Below are positions 45,406-53,593 of a DNA stretch of 64,000 bases, in pieces. Source of the DNA: a virus. Lineage: Duplodnaviria > Caudoviricetes. Position numbers and translations under genes: made by a program. The DNA is taken from the IMG/VR virus record IMGVR_UViG_3300027914_001438, positions 10,991-74,990 of that record; one strand, given 5' to 3'. The notes beneath the pieces are model-generated. The model was not told where the DNA came from. It did not search any database and was given only the letters and a program-made list of their open reading frames with translations. Positions within the stretch are counted from its first letter, which is position 1, and each line of letters begins with the position of its first letter.

Positions 45406-47292
45406 TTATTTAAAATAACGATCAACAATATGCCACTCGGCTCCAAGAGGCAGCCTCTCAGTCCAAGATGACGAGGACACCATGAGATGTTCCAGGCGTT
45501 CCGCGTCCTCGCGCGCCGTCTTCTCCGGCACCTCTACAACGAACTCGTCGTACAGAGTCCACACTACCGCGTATCCGGCGTCAGCTATGGCCGCCCACGC
45601 GTCGCAAAGAATGTCATAGCCGGTCGCCTGCATCTCGTTCTCTGTCAGTTTGCCGCCGTACATGCGACTGAAGTGGTCCCCGCGGGTTTGCTTTACGACG
45701 ATCTCTTTGCGCTTCTTTCCGGGGTTTCTCCTGTCGTCGGTAAGCACGAACTGCGGTTCGTAATATGTCAGCTTGCGCCCGGAAGCCAGCTCCACGATGT
45801 GCGTCTCGTCCCCGTTTGCCACGGAATTCAACAGCGCTGCCTGATGCCGCGCCCAATATGCGGTCACCCGAGGATGCGTCTGGCGATAGAGACCGATAAC
45901 CTCGGCCGCTTTGTCTCGGGTCGGCTTGAACTTGCCGCCGGTTAGGGCTGGAGCCTGCGCCACAAAACGATCGGGGCCCATTTGATAGCCCGAACCGAGT
46001 ACAGTACCCTTGACCATTTGATAGCTTTCGGGGTCGCGATCTTTGAGGCCCTTACCGTCGATACCGAGCAACCGCTCGGCTTCGGCTTCATAGATGCTGT
46101 AGCCGGAAGCGATCTTCTCCAGAGTGTCAAAGTCTCTGGCCCGCCACAACAGCAACCGGGCTTCAATCTGTGCGTAGTCCCCCACCCAAAACTTGAAGCC
46201 CTTGCGCGGGACGATGAGTCCGCGAAGATCTACCCCCTGCAGGGGTTCGCGCGGCAGGTTATACAGGTTGAACTTGCCGCCCGAGTCGTCGTCCGACCTG
46301 CGTCCGACTCCTGCGGTCGATCGCCCGGTATTCGCACCAAAGTAGACGCTGGTGTAAGGGAAAGTTCCGTCGTCGCGGATTCCCGCGTCCAGGTTCTCTA
46401 CCTTGCGCAGCATCATCGTAGCCTGCCGGTAGTTCCGGTAAGCCATCATCCAGGGATACTGCTCCTGATACTTTTCATAAAACTCCTGGCCGGCTTCGTC
46501 CGCTTTCGCGAGACTGGCGGGGACTTTCAGCCCGTGCTTCCGCGCTTCATTACGGAACGCTATTGGGCTTAGCGCCGGTTCATCGGGGTACCACGGGATC
46601 ATTTTTCCGTATTCAAACACCACGTTCTTTAAACGCTCAAGTGCGCCGGTCTCCGATCGAATAGCCTCCACATCCACGGCGAATCCGCGGCGCGAGGCTT
46701 CGCGGTTTAGTTGAGATATATACTGAGCGGTAGGCGGCCAGTCCTTGAGATAGTCGCAGGCTATCTTCCAGCACCACACAGAATCGTCCATGCCATACTT
46801 CACCATGTCGTCCCACGAGCCTTCGGCCTTCATGTCGTCCGCGGTTTTACCCTCGGCATTTGCGCGGACCTGCTTGGAGATGTCTGTGTCATACAGCTCC
46901 TTCACCGCAGTCTTCAGGTTGCGCACGATTCGAAGATACGCGACGAGGTCAGCTGTGCATACCCAGCGCTTCGGCGTTATGTTTTTTGGCACAACACCTT
47001 CTTGAACCAGCCGGATATATACTAGCTCGTCGAAGGACGCGTTGTGAGCGCAAACGGTCTTGCCATGAAGCACATCCCAGCGGTCAAATTCTTTAGGGTC
47101 TCCGCACCATTCGAATCCTTCGGTCTTTACAGACATGAGGTAAGGAAACGATTTAGGATGAAAGACATAATGCCACGTTGGGAGTTTGCTTAGGGACACT
47201 CCTTCTTTCAGATTGTAATAGCATTCAAAATCCAATGCCACTAGGTCGCTTGGTTTTTCTGTGCCCCAGCTCGCACGATCTTCTGCTTTCAT
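45406..47292 (-). CDS. polA: Family A DNA polymerase with 3'-5' exonuclease
   Basis: Exo ALDFE and AHNASFD; pol motif A GDYAQIEAR, motif B KGTVLGSGY, motif C variant LYDE. Confidence 0.9.
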   Translation of the reverse strand: MKAEDRASWGTEKPSDLVALDFECYYNLKEGVSLSKLPTWHYVFHPKSFPYLMSVKTEGFEWCGDPKEFDRWDVLHGKTVCAHNASFDELVYIRLVQEGVVPKNITPKRWVCTADLVAYLRIVRNLKTAVKELYDTDISKQVRANAEGKTADDMKAEGSWDDMVKYGMDDSVWCWKIACDYLKDWPPTAQYISQLNREASRRGFAVDVEAIRSETGALERLKNVVFEYGKMIPWYPDEPALSPIAFRNEARKHGLKVPASLAKADEAGQEFYEKYQEQYPWMMAYRNYRQATMMLRKVENLDAGIRDDGTFPYTSVYFGANTGRSTAGVGRRSDDDSGGKFNLYNLPREPLQGVDLRGLIVPRKGFKFWVGDYAQIEARLLLWRARDFDTLEKIASGYSIYEAEAERLLGIDGKGLKDRDPESYQMVKGTVLGSGYQMGPDRFVAQAPALTGGKFKPTRDKAAEVIGLYRQTHPRVTAYWARHQAALLNSVANGDETHIVELASGRKLTYYEPQFVLTDDRRNPGKKRKEIVVKQTRGDHFSRMYGGKLTENEMQATGYDILCDAWAAIADAGYAVVWTLYDEFVVEVPEKTAREDAERLEHLMVSSSSWTERLPLGAEWHIVDRYFK

Positions 47293-47354
47293 ATTTCTCC
47301 TTCTGTTTGCTTAACCGGCCGACTCAGTCGACCCAACTCGATCTTCTGGTTCAG

Positions 47355-47382
47355 ATGCTATCACGGCTCGCTCATAAGTCAA
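47355..47382 (-). promoter_or_regulatory. Promoter upstream of DNA polymerase
   Basis: TTGACT-16 bp-TAGCAT with TGn, preceded by T tracts. Confidence 0.55.
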
Positions 47383-47431
47383 CAACAAAATAAAAAAAAT
47401 AATGGCTCCCTCATTGTTTACGCGAAGAGAG

Positions 47432-47474
47432 AAAAAAAAAGAGAGACGCAAGTTCTTTCGAACTCGTGTCTCTC
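47432..47474 (-). terminator. Strong rho-independent terminator
   Basis: GAGAGACACGAGTTC-GAAA-GAACTTGCGTCTCTC followed by poly-T. Confidence 0.85.
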
Positions 47475-47482
47475 CCTTTCAT

Positions 47483-47545
47483 TCAGCACTTTTTCGCTGC
47501 CTTCTTCGCGGCTTTCTTAGCCGGCTTCTTCGTTGCCTTCTTCAT
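47483..47545 (-). CDS. 20-aa Lys/Ala-rich histone-H1-like peptide MKKATKKPAKKAAKKAAKKC
   Basis: Perfect AAGGAGGT SD; ends just before the terminator. Confidence 0.6.
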   Translation of the reverse strand: MKKATKKPAKKAAKKAAKKC

Positions 47546-47744
47546 GCGTGCACCTCCTTTCACCTGTCGATAGCGTCTTACCAAGCGTCGGGTGAGCCCG
47601 AACGAAAGACTGTATCCACTCGCCTACGTGGGTGTCAAGCGCGTCGAGGACGCCCGCCTCGACGCGCGTGAACTTACCGGGCCACTTCATGTCAGCCCGT
47701 TCCAGCAGTTCCCGGCGGCACTCAGCCCTGTTTATCCGGCCCAC
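47517..47744 (-). CDS. Small phage protein (FTRV...HP..GKTL type)
   Basis: Motif pattern commonly seen in small phage proteins; SD present. Confidence 0.55.
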   Translation of the reverse strand: MGRINRAECRRELLERADMKWPGKFTRVEAGVLDALDTHVGEWIQSFVRAHPTLGKTLSTGERRCTHEEGNEEAG

Positions 47745-48000
47745 TGCATCCTCCTTGTCTCCACAACTCCATGTTGCCGGCGTAACATAGGAACTTCAAC
47801 TCTTCTTCTAGGTCGAGCTCTTCTGTCCGATCAATGATCGTGGCGAGGGTTTCTCCCCCGTGGCACAACTCAAAATTGTGCTTGACCTTGCGATAATGAT
47901 AGCCGCTCGGTACCACTTCGGATATTCCGCTCTCATCGATCAGCGCCGCTTTGACTCCCGCGTTGGCGAAGAACCCAATCATTTCTCCAATGTCATTCAT
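47722..48000 (-). CDS. Hypothetical protein (92 aa)
   Basis: Coupled ORF. Confidence 0.55.
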   Translation of the reverse strand: MNDIGEMIGFFANAGVKAALIDESGISEVVPSGYHYRKVKHNFELCHGGETLATIIDRTEELDLEEELKFLCYAGNMELWRQGGCSGPDKQG

Positions 48001-48310
48001 GATAGTCTCCCATTTGTACCGCCTCCACTTGAAGACGTTTATTTAAACAGTCGTCGCACAACCAGCCGTCGTCGCCCTCATGTTCTCCGGCTCCACCGCA
48101 CCCGATACAGGTCGGCTCATCTTGCGAGCTAATGCAGCTGTTGCATAGTGTCCTCTCCCCGGGGCCCCACGTCCCCTCGTCTCCGATTTTTTCTCCGCAC
48201 TCTTCGCACGGCAGATCTTCGAAATAAACTCCGCCAACGAAGTTTCCCGGGTTACATGTCGGGCAATCGCGGGCTCCGCACATTCTATCGCTGCATCTGT
48301 AGTAAATCAT
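47993..48310 (-). CDS. Cys-rich multi Zn-finger protein
   Basis: Several CxxC pairs; start reassigned to MIYY after a GAAGGAG SD. Confidence 0.55.
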   Translation of the reverse strand: MIYYRCSDRMCGARDCPTCNPGNFVGGVYFEDLPCEECGEKIGDEGTWGPGERTLCNSCISSQDEPTCIGCGGAGEHEGDDGWLCDDCLNKRLQVEAVQMGDYHE

Positions 48311-48513
48311 GCTGCATTCATCTCCTTCCAAGTAAACAATTCCAATTGACGAGGCAATACCAGCCCCGGTTTTTCTCCTTCCAAACAATATGACCAGTAT
48401 CTCGAGCTTCCGGGGTGTCCTTGTTTTAAGTCCCAAAGGCACCACCTCGCAGCTACGGGCTGGATTCCTAGTCGTTTGCACTTGATGTGCCTGATTATCT
48501 AGGCCAAGAAGGC

Positions 48514-48565
48514 AAACAGGTTAAATAGCCTGTAATTTTAAAATACAGGCTAATCAGCCTGTAAT
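48514..48565. repeat. Cluster of four alternately oriented AGCCTGTA-like boxes
   Basis: AACAGGTTA, TAGCCTGTA-ATTTTAAAA-TACAGGCTA, AGCCTGTAAT in AT-rich DNA. Confidence 0.65.
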
Positions 48566-48583
48566 AGATTTATGAATATTCTT

Positions 48584-48727
48584 TCATTTATAGAGTGGCA
48601 GATTTTGGGAAGTCTTGTTGTAGCTCATCTGCTGGGAGATTTTGTCTTCATCACGAAAGGGCCGGTTGCAATACCGGATGATATTGCCGTGGCCCCAGTG
48701 ACAATCTGCTGTAAAGAACAGATTCAT
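48584..48727 (-). pseudogene. Truncated N-terminal fragment of a calcineurin-like phosphoesterase (47 aa)
   Basis: MNLFFTADCHWGHGNIIRYCNRPF with a GGAG SD, then a premature end; GD, GNHD and H motifs are absent. Confidence 0.75.
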
Positions 48728-48734
48728 TTTTCTC

Positions 48735-49355
48735 CTATAGTTCTAACGTTATTGGTTGATTGGCCGGATAGTACGCCTCGTTACAGATGCACGCATTCAC
48801 GCTATGCACCCCGTTTCGATACACATGGCCGTACGCGCTGTGGATATGCCCGAACACGTGCAGCTTCAGATTCGGAAGAGCTGCAATCCGGTTGCGCAAG
48901 AGCCTATCTCCGACGTACTCTCTGCATTCAAACTGGTCTAAAGTACCTTGTGGCGGCCCGTGGGTGATCAGCACATCGACGTCGTTCGGAATATTATCCC
49001 ACTTGCGCTTAAGTTCTTCTCCGTCTCTGGGCAAGTTGAACGCCCAGTTGCAGAACTCGGGCTGCCACGGACTTCCGTAGATTTTCAGTCCGTCGAACCC
49101 CGTGAATGTGTCCTGCAAATATGTAGCATTTGTGAACAGGCTTTCTCCACGCAGGCCCTCAAAACAACGGTCGTGGTTGCCGGCGATAACTATTTTGTGA
49201 CCGGGTTGCTTTCCCAGCCAATTGTTGAATGCATACATTTCCTTTTCGGTACCCCAGGTTCCCGCGTCACCAGCAAACAGGAGAAGATCAGTGTCTTCTG
49301 GCACCAAGACCTCCTCGTGTCTGCCGTGTGTATCAGATAGACAGGTGATTTTCAT
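48735..49355 (-). CDS. Calcineurin-like metallophosphoesterase (MPPED-like)
   Basis: SDTH, AGD, AGNHD, THGPP and FGHIH motifs; start at MKIT. Confidence 0.9.
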   Translation of the reverse strand: MKITCLSDTHGRHEEVLVPEDTDLLLFAGDAGTWGTEKEMYAFNNWLGKQPGHKIVIAGNHDRCFEGLRGESLFTNATYLQDTFTGFDGLKIYGSPWQPEFCNWAFNLPRDGEELKRKWDNIPNDVDVLITHGPPQGTLDQFECREYVGDRLLRNRIAALPNLKLHVFGHIHSAYGHVYRNGVHSVNACICNEAYYPANQPITLEL

Positions 49356-49635
49356 CTCTTGTCTCCTCATCCGCCGGGTGCAGTCCGTAAGCGAGGTCGA
49401 ACCACGCGAACGCTTCTTCCGCTGCTCGCTTTGATTTAAAGCGGGGTAGTGTGCGAATCTGCCCGATCGCCCACTCACGGAACTCTTCCTGCTGTTTCTT
49501 GCTCTTCCATTTGTTGCGTGAAAACCAGCCGTCTTGCCGCACTTCCAGACGCTTGATTCCCTTGAAACCAATACGCCGAAGTTGCTCGATGGCCATAGCG
49601 ATCTGCAACTTTCCTTCTCTGTCTGCATCTCTCAT
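49333..49635 (-). CDS. Hypothetical protein
   Basis: AAGGAG SD before MRDAD. Confidence 0.6.
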   Translation of the reverse strand: MRDADREGKLQIAMAIEQLRRIGFKGIKRLEVRQDGWFSRNKWKSKKQQEEFREWAIGQIRTLPRFKSKRAAEEAFAWFDLAYGLHPADEETRDENHLSI

Positions 49636-49646
49636 AGGTTCTCCTT

Positions 49647-49829
49647 TCAGAACAAATACTCGTCGTCTTTCATAATCCATAATCGAGACGTATTCTTGTC
49701 CTCCCGCTCTGACTTTATCCAGAGCCGTTCCTGTTTCTTCAGTCGTTTCTCGTCACGCTGCTTCGCCTCAACCCGTTTTTTTCTGGCGTCGGGTGACTTG
49801 GTGACTTTGTTGCTTAGGGGCTTGTTCAT
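49647..49829 (-). CDS. Small basic protein (60 aa)
   Basis: K/R-rich coupled ORF. Confidence 0.5.
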   Translation of the reverse strand: MNKPLSNKVTKSPDARKKRVEAKQRDEKRLKKQERLWIKSEREDKNTSRLWIMKDDEYLF

Positions 49830-50050
49830 TATCGCTCTCGTCGTTCAAGCATATCATCGGCGTATTCGTATGCCAAACGGGCCGCATCGGCGGTGCTCAT
49901 ATTTTCATCCCCGGTCATCCCGCATAGCGCCCGACCCGCGAACCAGTCACGCAGTGTCATGCCGGGCTGTGAATGCACGACTTCGTCGTTGAACTTGTCT
50001 TCGCTATGTGGCCTGGGGAATGCGGCCCCGCCGTCATTTATCCTGCTCAT
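49829..50050 (-). CDS. Common phage small protein (GGxAFP...GMTLRDWFA family)
   Basis: INDGGAAFP and GMTLRDWFAG motifs. Confidence 0.75.
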   Translation of the reverse strand: MSRINDGGAAFPRPHSEDKFNDEVVHSQPGMTLRDWFAGRALCGMTGDENMSTADAARLAYEYADDMLERRER

Positions 50051-50247
50051 TTGTTCTCCTTGCCACAAACCGGGCATTTGTCAAAATGCTGATACTTGTC
50101 GTGCATCTTCGCCTCTCCGAGGCCCTGTACAAAAACACAATCGCCGTCCGGAGTCATAATCACCCCGGTAATACATCTCTCGGTTGCTTTGTGCAACATC
50201 GCCGCTTTGCGCATGATCGCGCCGTTTACTACATTAGTTTGTTTCAT
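50047..50247 (-). CDS. Hypothetical protein (66 aa)
   Basis: C-terminal CPVC; SD present. Confidence 0.55.
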   Translation of the reverse strand: MKQTNVVNGAIMRKAAMLHKATERCITGVIMTPDGDCVFVQGLGEAKMHDKYQHFDKCPVCGKENK

Positions 50248-50316
50248 TGTTGTCCTCGTTACCGCTCGGGAACGCCGAGCTTTGTTTGCCTTTATTCACT
50301 CAAAATGTTCCCGATC

Positions 50317-50352
50317 GGGGTGACTTAAGGGGCCGCCCCCTCAAGTCACCCC
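50317..50352 (-). terminator. Hairpin downstream of SSB-like gene
   Basis: GGGGTGACTT/AAGTCACCCC stem with inner AGGGG/CCCCT. Confidence 0.55.
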
Positions 50353-50367
50353 TTACGGGTATACCAC

Positions 50368-51147
50368 TTACATGCTGCCGAGAACCTGCTTAAGCTCCTC
50401 TACCTGCTCCGGCGTCTTTGTGGACGCCAGCTTCAGGACAGGAACCCAGGTATAGTTTCCGGTGCTCTTTATGAGCTTGTTCCTCGTCGACAACTCGAAG
50501 GTCGCCGAGAAGATGCCGGTCGCTCCGTGCGTGTAAGAGGCTTTTGTCAGCGGTGTAATCACCTCTGTATACATCCCCTTGTCGCATATGAAACGGGCCG
50601 GCGCCCAGAAAGCGTCTCCGATTTCGAACAGGAAAGTCCCGCGGTCTTCAACATCTTCAGGCTCACGAATGAGTATGTCGAGTTGGAGGGCGGGCCGCGC
50701 GTTGGGCATAGGTAGTCCGCTGCCCCAGGGCGGGTACTTCGTCGTCATCCCGTCCGCGAGAGCGTCTTCCTCTGTCGCCCAGGTGCGCGGGAGGTTGCCC
50801 TCTCCGAACTTGGTCACTTCCTTCCAGAAGTCCACTGCCGTGGCGATAGTAATAATCGCCGGCTCCGGCTTTGCGTCCTTCTTTTGGATGCTCGGCGGTG
50901 AATACACAATCACGCCTTTATCAAGCGCGTTGCTTTCACTCAGTACCAGCTGTCCGGGAGTGAATCCGGCTTGCGCCAGACCGCCCACACCGTGCGCGAT
51001 ACGAAGATACGGTTTCTTCAGGCGGCCGGTGAACCGGACTTCTCCGGGTTTCGCCAGCGCCGTGGATCCCGTATGTACTACGATATCCTGTTCGTCATTC
51101 ATCTCTTCGGGATCGAATCCCGCGTCGTTTGCTTTCAATTCCGCCAT
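50368..51147 (-). CDS. Probable ssDNA-binding protein
   Basis: P.LRIAHGVG N-terminal motif, beta-rich fold, W/Y..PV C-terminus, position among replication genes; start at MAELK. Confidence 0.5.
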   Translation of the reverse strand: MAELKANDAGFDPEEMNDEQDIVVHTGSTALAKPGEVRFTGRLKKPYLRIAHGVGGLAQAGFTPGQLVLSESNALDKGVIVYSPPSIQKKDAKPEPAIITIATAVDFWKEVTKFGEGNLPRTWATEEDALADGMTTKYPPWGSGLPMPNARPALQLDILIREPEDVEDRGTFLFEIGDAFWAPARFICDKGMYTEVITPLTKASYTHGATGIFSATFELSTRNKLIKSTGNYTWVPVLKLASTKTPEQVEELKQVLGSM

Positions 51148-51194
51148 AAGTATTGCTCCTCTATTGGCTATGTTATTAATAAGTTTCAGTCTAT

Positions 51195-51253
51195 GTTCTT
51201 GGAGTTCTCGGAGTTCTTGGAGTTCTTGGAGTTCCTGGAGTTCTTGGAGTTCT
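51195..51253. repeat. Intergenic tandem array of 9-bp units (GTTCTTGGA x6.5)
   Basis: Six full units, two with single substitutions, between the gp88-like stop and the SSB start. Confidence 0.9.
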
Positions 51254-51899
51254 AATGTTTCTTTACTGCTATAACGGCACCCCCTTTTTGTTGGCACAGG
51301 CTGCACTTGCGGCAATCGCCTGCACATACTGCGTTGCACGATACTTTGTTTCCGTTCTTATCTGTTGCTAACCAGCCGCCGTCGGGATTCTTTTCGAGCG
51401 AATAGGCCACTTGGAACCGATTGTGTGCCATAAAGCCGGAGCCGTTCACGACTAGGTGCTGTATTTCAGAAAAATCCAAGTCGCTCCTCGCAGTATATAC
51501 GTAAGTGACTATGCCTTGCTCTTTCAAATGTGCGGCCAGATTTTCCGCCTTGTCTAGGTCTGGTTGGTGGCGAAAGTCTCCGGACACCCCGATCCTGAAT
51601 GCGGTAATCTTGGTCCTTTTTGACGCATTTAGGGCGGCGATATCCAGCGCGATATCAAATGCGGACTTCATGTCCCAATAGGCCATTTGCTTCAACTCTA
51701 GCGAGATCACCGTATTTGGGAACCGCTTTTCAAATTTACGTGCATAGCAGTCTTTTTCGTGTACCTGGCACAGTCCGAGTAGCCGCGATACGCATAGTGC
51801 GGCTGGGGTTATGGATAGAATCGCGATATTGTTTCCGAGTTTCGAGTTTCCTATGGTAATGGGGTTATCGTTTCTTGGTTGTTTTCTTGCTGTTGACAT
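51252..51899 (-). CDS. GP88-like protein
   Basis: GNSKLG..., C...C......CYA, FRIGVSGDF and VYTAR motifs. Confidence 0.7.
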   Translation of the reverse strand: MSTARKQPRNDNPITIGNSKLGNNIAILSITPAALCVSRLLGLCQVHEKDCYARKFEKRFPNTVISLELKQMAYWDMKSAFDIALDIAALNASKRTKITAFRIGVSGDFRHQPDLDKAENLAAHLKEQGIVTYVYTARSDLDFSEIQHLVVNGSGFMAHNRFQVAYSLEKNPDGGWLATDKNGNKVSCNAVCAGDCRKCSLCQQKGGAVIAVKKH

Positions 51900-52137
51900 T
51901 TCTTTTTTCTCTTTCTATCTTGTATACCTTTCTCCATGCTTTGTGTTCGGCGCTGCTACAACTCTTGCACACGCGACAATTTTTCCAAAAGTCGAAAGTC
52001 GTTTTAGTTACTCCACATTTTGGACAAGTGCGGACGACAGACTCGCCGTCAGTTAGCGCAGGTGAGACAGTATCGTCTTTGGGGACGTTGACTACCTCTG
52101 ACGGCGGATCTATTTCTTGAATCTTTTCGTTTTCCAT
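51865..52137 (-). CDS. Zn-finger protein resembling the N-terminus of the HNH at 2625
   Basis: Acidic/Pro leader then RTCPKCGVTK...F....CKSC, no nuclease domain. Confidence 0.6.
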   Translation of the reverse strand: MENEKIQEIDPPSEVVNVPKDDTVSPALTDGESVVRTCPKCGVTKTTFDFWKNCRVCKSCSSAEHKAWRKVYKIEREKRNVNSKKTTKKR

Positions 52138-52164
52138 ACTGCCTCTTTTCTCTGGCGCTAACCA

Positions 52165-52202
52165 GCTATATTTAATATAGCATAGCCTGGGTCAGCGATC
52201 AA
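52165..52202 (-). promoter_or_regulatory. Promoter with palindromic operator over the -10 box
   Basis: TTGATC-17 bp-TATATT; perfect palindrome GCTATATT-T-AATATAGC at 52165-52181. Confidence 0.6.
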
Positions 52203-52450
52203 GCGCCCGCACTTTTCCTTTCTTTCATCAACTCCATGTGCGTTTTCAGCAGTTCTTTCGCGGCGTCTTCTTTCTTGTGCAACAAGAGCCTGCATACGTG
52301 CTCATGTATCAACTCCGTATGCTCGGGATGGCCTAGCATGTCGTGGAGGTCGTCGTAGTCTATTACAAAAACGGGTACTTCCGTGTTTATCTTGCTTATA
52401 TGCTGGACGACTCCACCGCGTACGATGACCAGTATTTCTTCTCCTATCAT
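52199..52450 (-). CDS. Hypothetical protein (83 aa)
   Basis: VIVRGGVVQ...VIDYD motif; similar to the N-terminus of 62650-63021. Confidence 0.6.
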   Translation of the reverse strand: MIGEEILVIVRGGVVQHISKINTEVPVFVIDYDDLHDMLGHPEHTELIHEHVCRLLLHKKEDAAKELLKTHMELMKERKSAGA

Positions 52451-52451
52451 G

Positions 52452-53591
52452 TTAGCCCCCGATCAGCTTCAGGTCGAGCTTCGCTTTCCGGCGTAGGTAC
52501 TCGGAAGATCGCTGCTGCTGAACGACTTCTTCGATCAGCTCAAACAGGTGTTCTTTCGCATGCCGTTTACGCTCGGCCACAGTAGACCCGGAAGCTCCGT
52601 CTGTCAGCTGTTCAACCAGCTTTCCAATACTCGGCTTACCGCAGGCGCGGATGAACTGCTCGGGTGTAAATTCGCCCTTCAACAGTTCATAAGCCCGCTC
52701 GGTCTGTTCGGCGGGTATATACGGGGCCCCCTCCTTCTTGACTTTTGTATAGCCAGGAAGATCGATGGCCTCACTGAATACCCGGTTATCGATTTCAGGC
52801 TTACGCTTCTCCGCCCAGGCGTTCAGCAAATCGATTATCGCGCGATTCTTTGCCAGCTCGTCGACGGTAAGTTCAGACACCGGCTTCAGCAGCACGTCCG
52901 TCGGGACTGTCAATGCGGCCGTCGTCATCGGAACTATTGCGTCCTTCTTCGTCAGTGGGCAGCGGTCTATGTGGTTGCACTTGGCACATATGGCGTCGTT
53001 GAACCGCGGCTGCTTGAACGGATCTTCCACTGAAGCTATTACGGCCCGGACTTCTTCCTGTATCTTTGGCCACTCGGACACATTGAAATCATGCGTCGAG
53101 ATCTCGTCCGTTCTAGGCGAGCCCAGAACGCAACGCACCTCGTCCACAAGATTTGGATACCGGAAGAACACGATGTCAGCATAGTTCTTCATTTGCAGAC
53201 TGTCCTCTGACTCCGCAATCAGGCCGCGGCGGCCGTACTTGGAATCAAAGACGAGCGCTTTTCGCGATTTCAGATTCACATAGCACCGGTCCATCTTTCC
53301 AGACAGACCCGTGCTCGTCTTCATTTTCTCTTCGTGATGCATCCGGAAGTTCACTGGATCATTGTCGTCCCACCCGAGATAAGCGGTCTTCTGTGCTTCC
53401 ACGAGGTCGCGCGTCTGCTGCACGCGACGCTGTTGCTCTGAGTTGAGCTCGCTGTCGTCGCCTTCCTCAAACGCTTTGTGCATCAGGGTGCCCTCTTCGG
53501 CGGCGGATCCCTCACGCTTGAATTCCTTGAACTTGAAGCAGGGACACTGCTTGAAGTAATCAAGGTTGCTGGGTGATAGTTTTGTTCCCAT
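52452..53591 (-). CDS. Cas4-like / RecB-family PD-(D/E)xK exonuclease
   Basis: SPSNL...CP, GT.MH, GKMD, DSKYG, Q...Y and C..C...CP motifs. Confidence 0.8.
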   Translation of the reverse strand: MGTKLSPSNLDYFKQCPCFKFKEFKREGSAAEEGTLMHKAFEEGDDSELNSEQQRRVQQTRDLVEAQKTAYLGWDDNDPVNFRMHHEEKMKTSTGLSGKMDRCYVNLKSRKALVFDSKYGRRGLIAESEDSLQMKNYADIVFFRYPNLVDEVRCVLGSPRTDEISTHDFNVSEWPKIQEEVRAVIASVEDPFKQPRFNDAICAKCNHIDRCPLTKKDAIVPMTTAALTVPTDVLLKPVSELTVDELAKNRAIIDLLNAWAEKRKPEIDNRVFSEAIDLPGYTKVKKEGAPYIPAEQTERAYELLKGEFTPEQFIRACGKPSIGKLVEQLTDGASGSTVAERKRHAKEHLFELIEEVVQQQRSSEYLRRKAKLDLKLIGG

Positions 53592-53593
53592 TG

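Noticed and set aside
51148-51339. N-terminal extension of the SSB ORF with ELQELQ repeats (323-aa call)
   Set aside because: The good SD lies before MAELK at 51147, and the extension overlaps the gp88-like gene; the repeat is probably non-coding.
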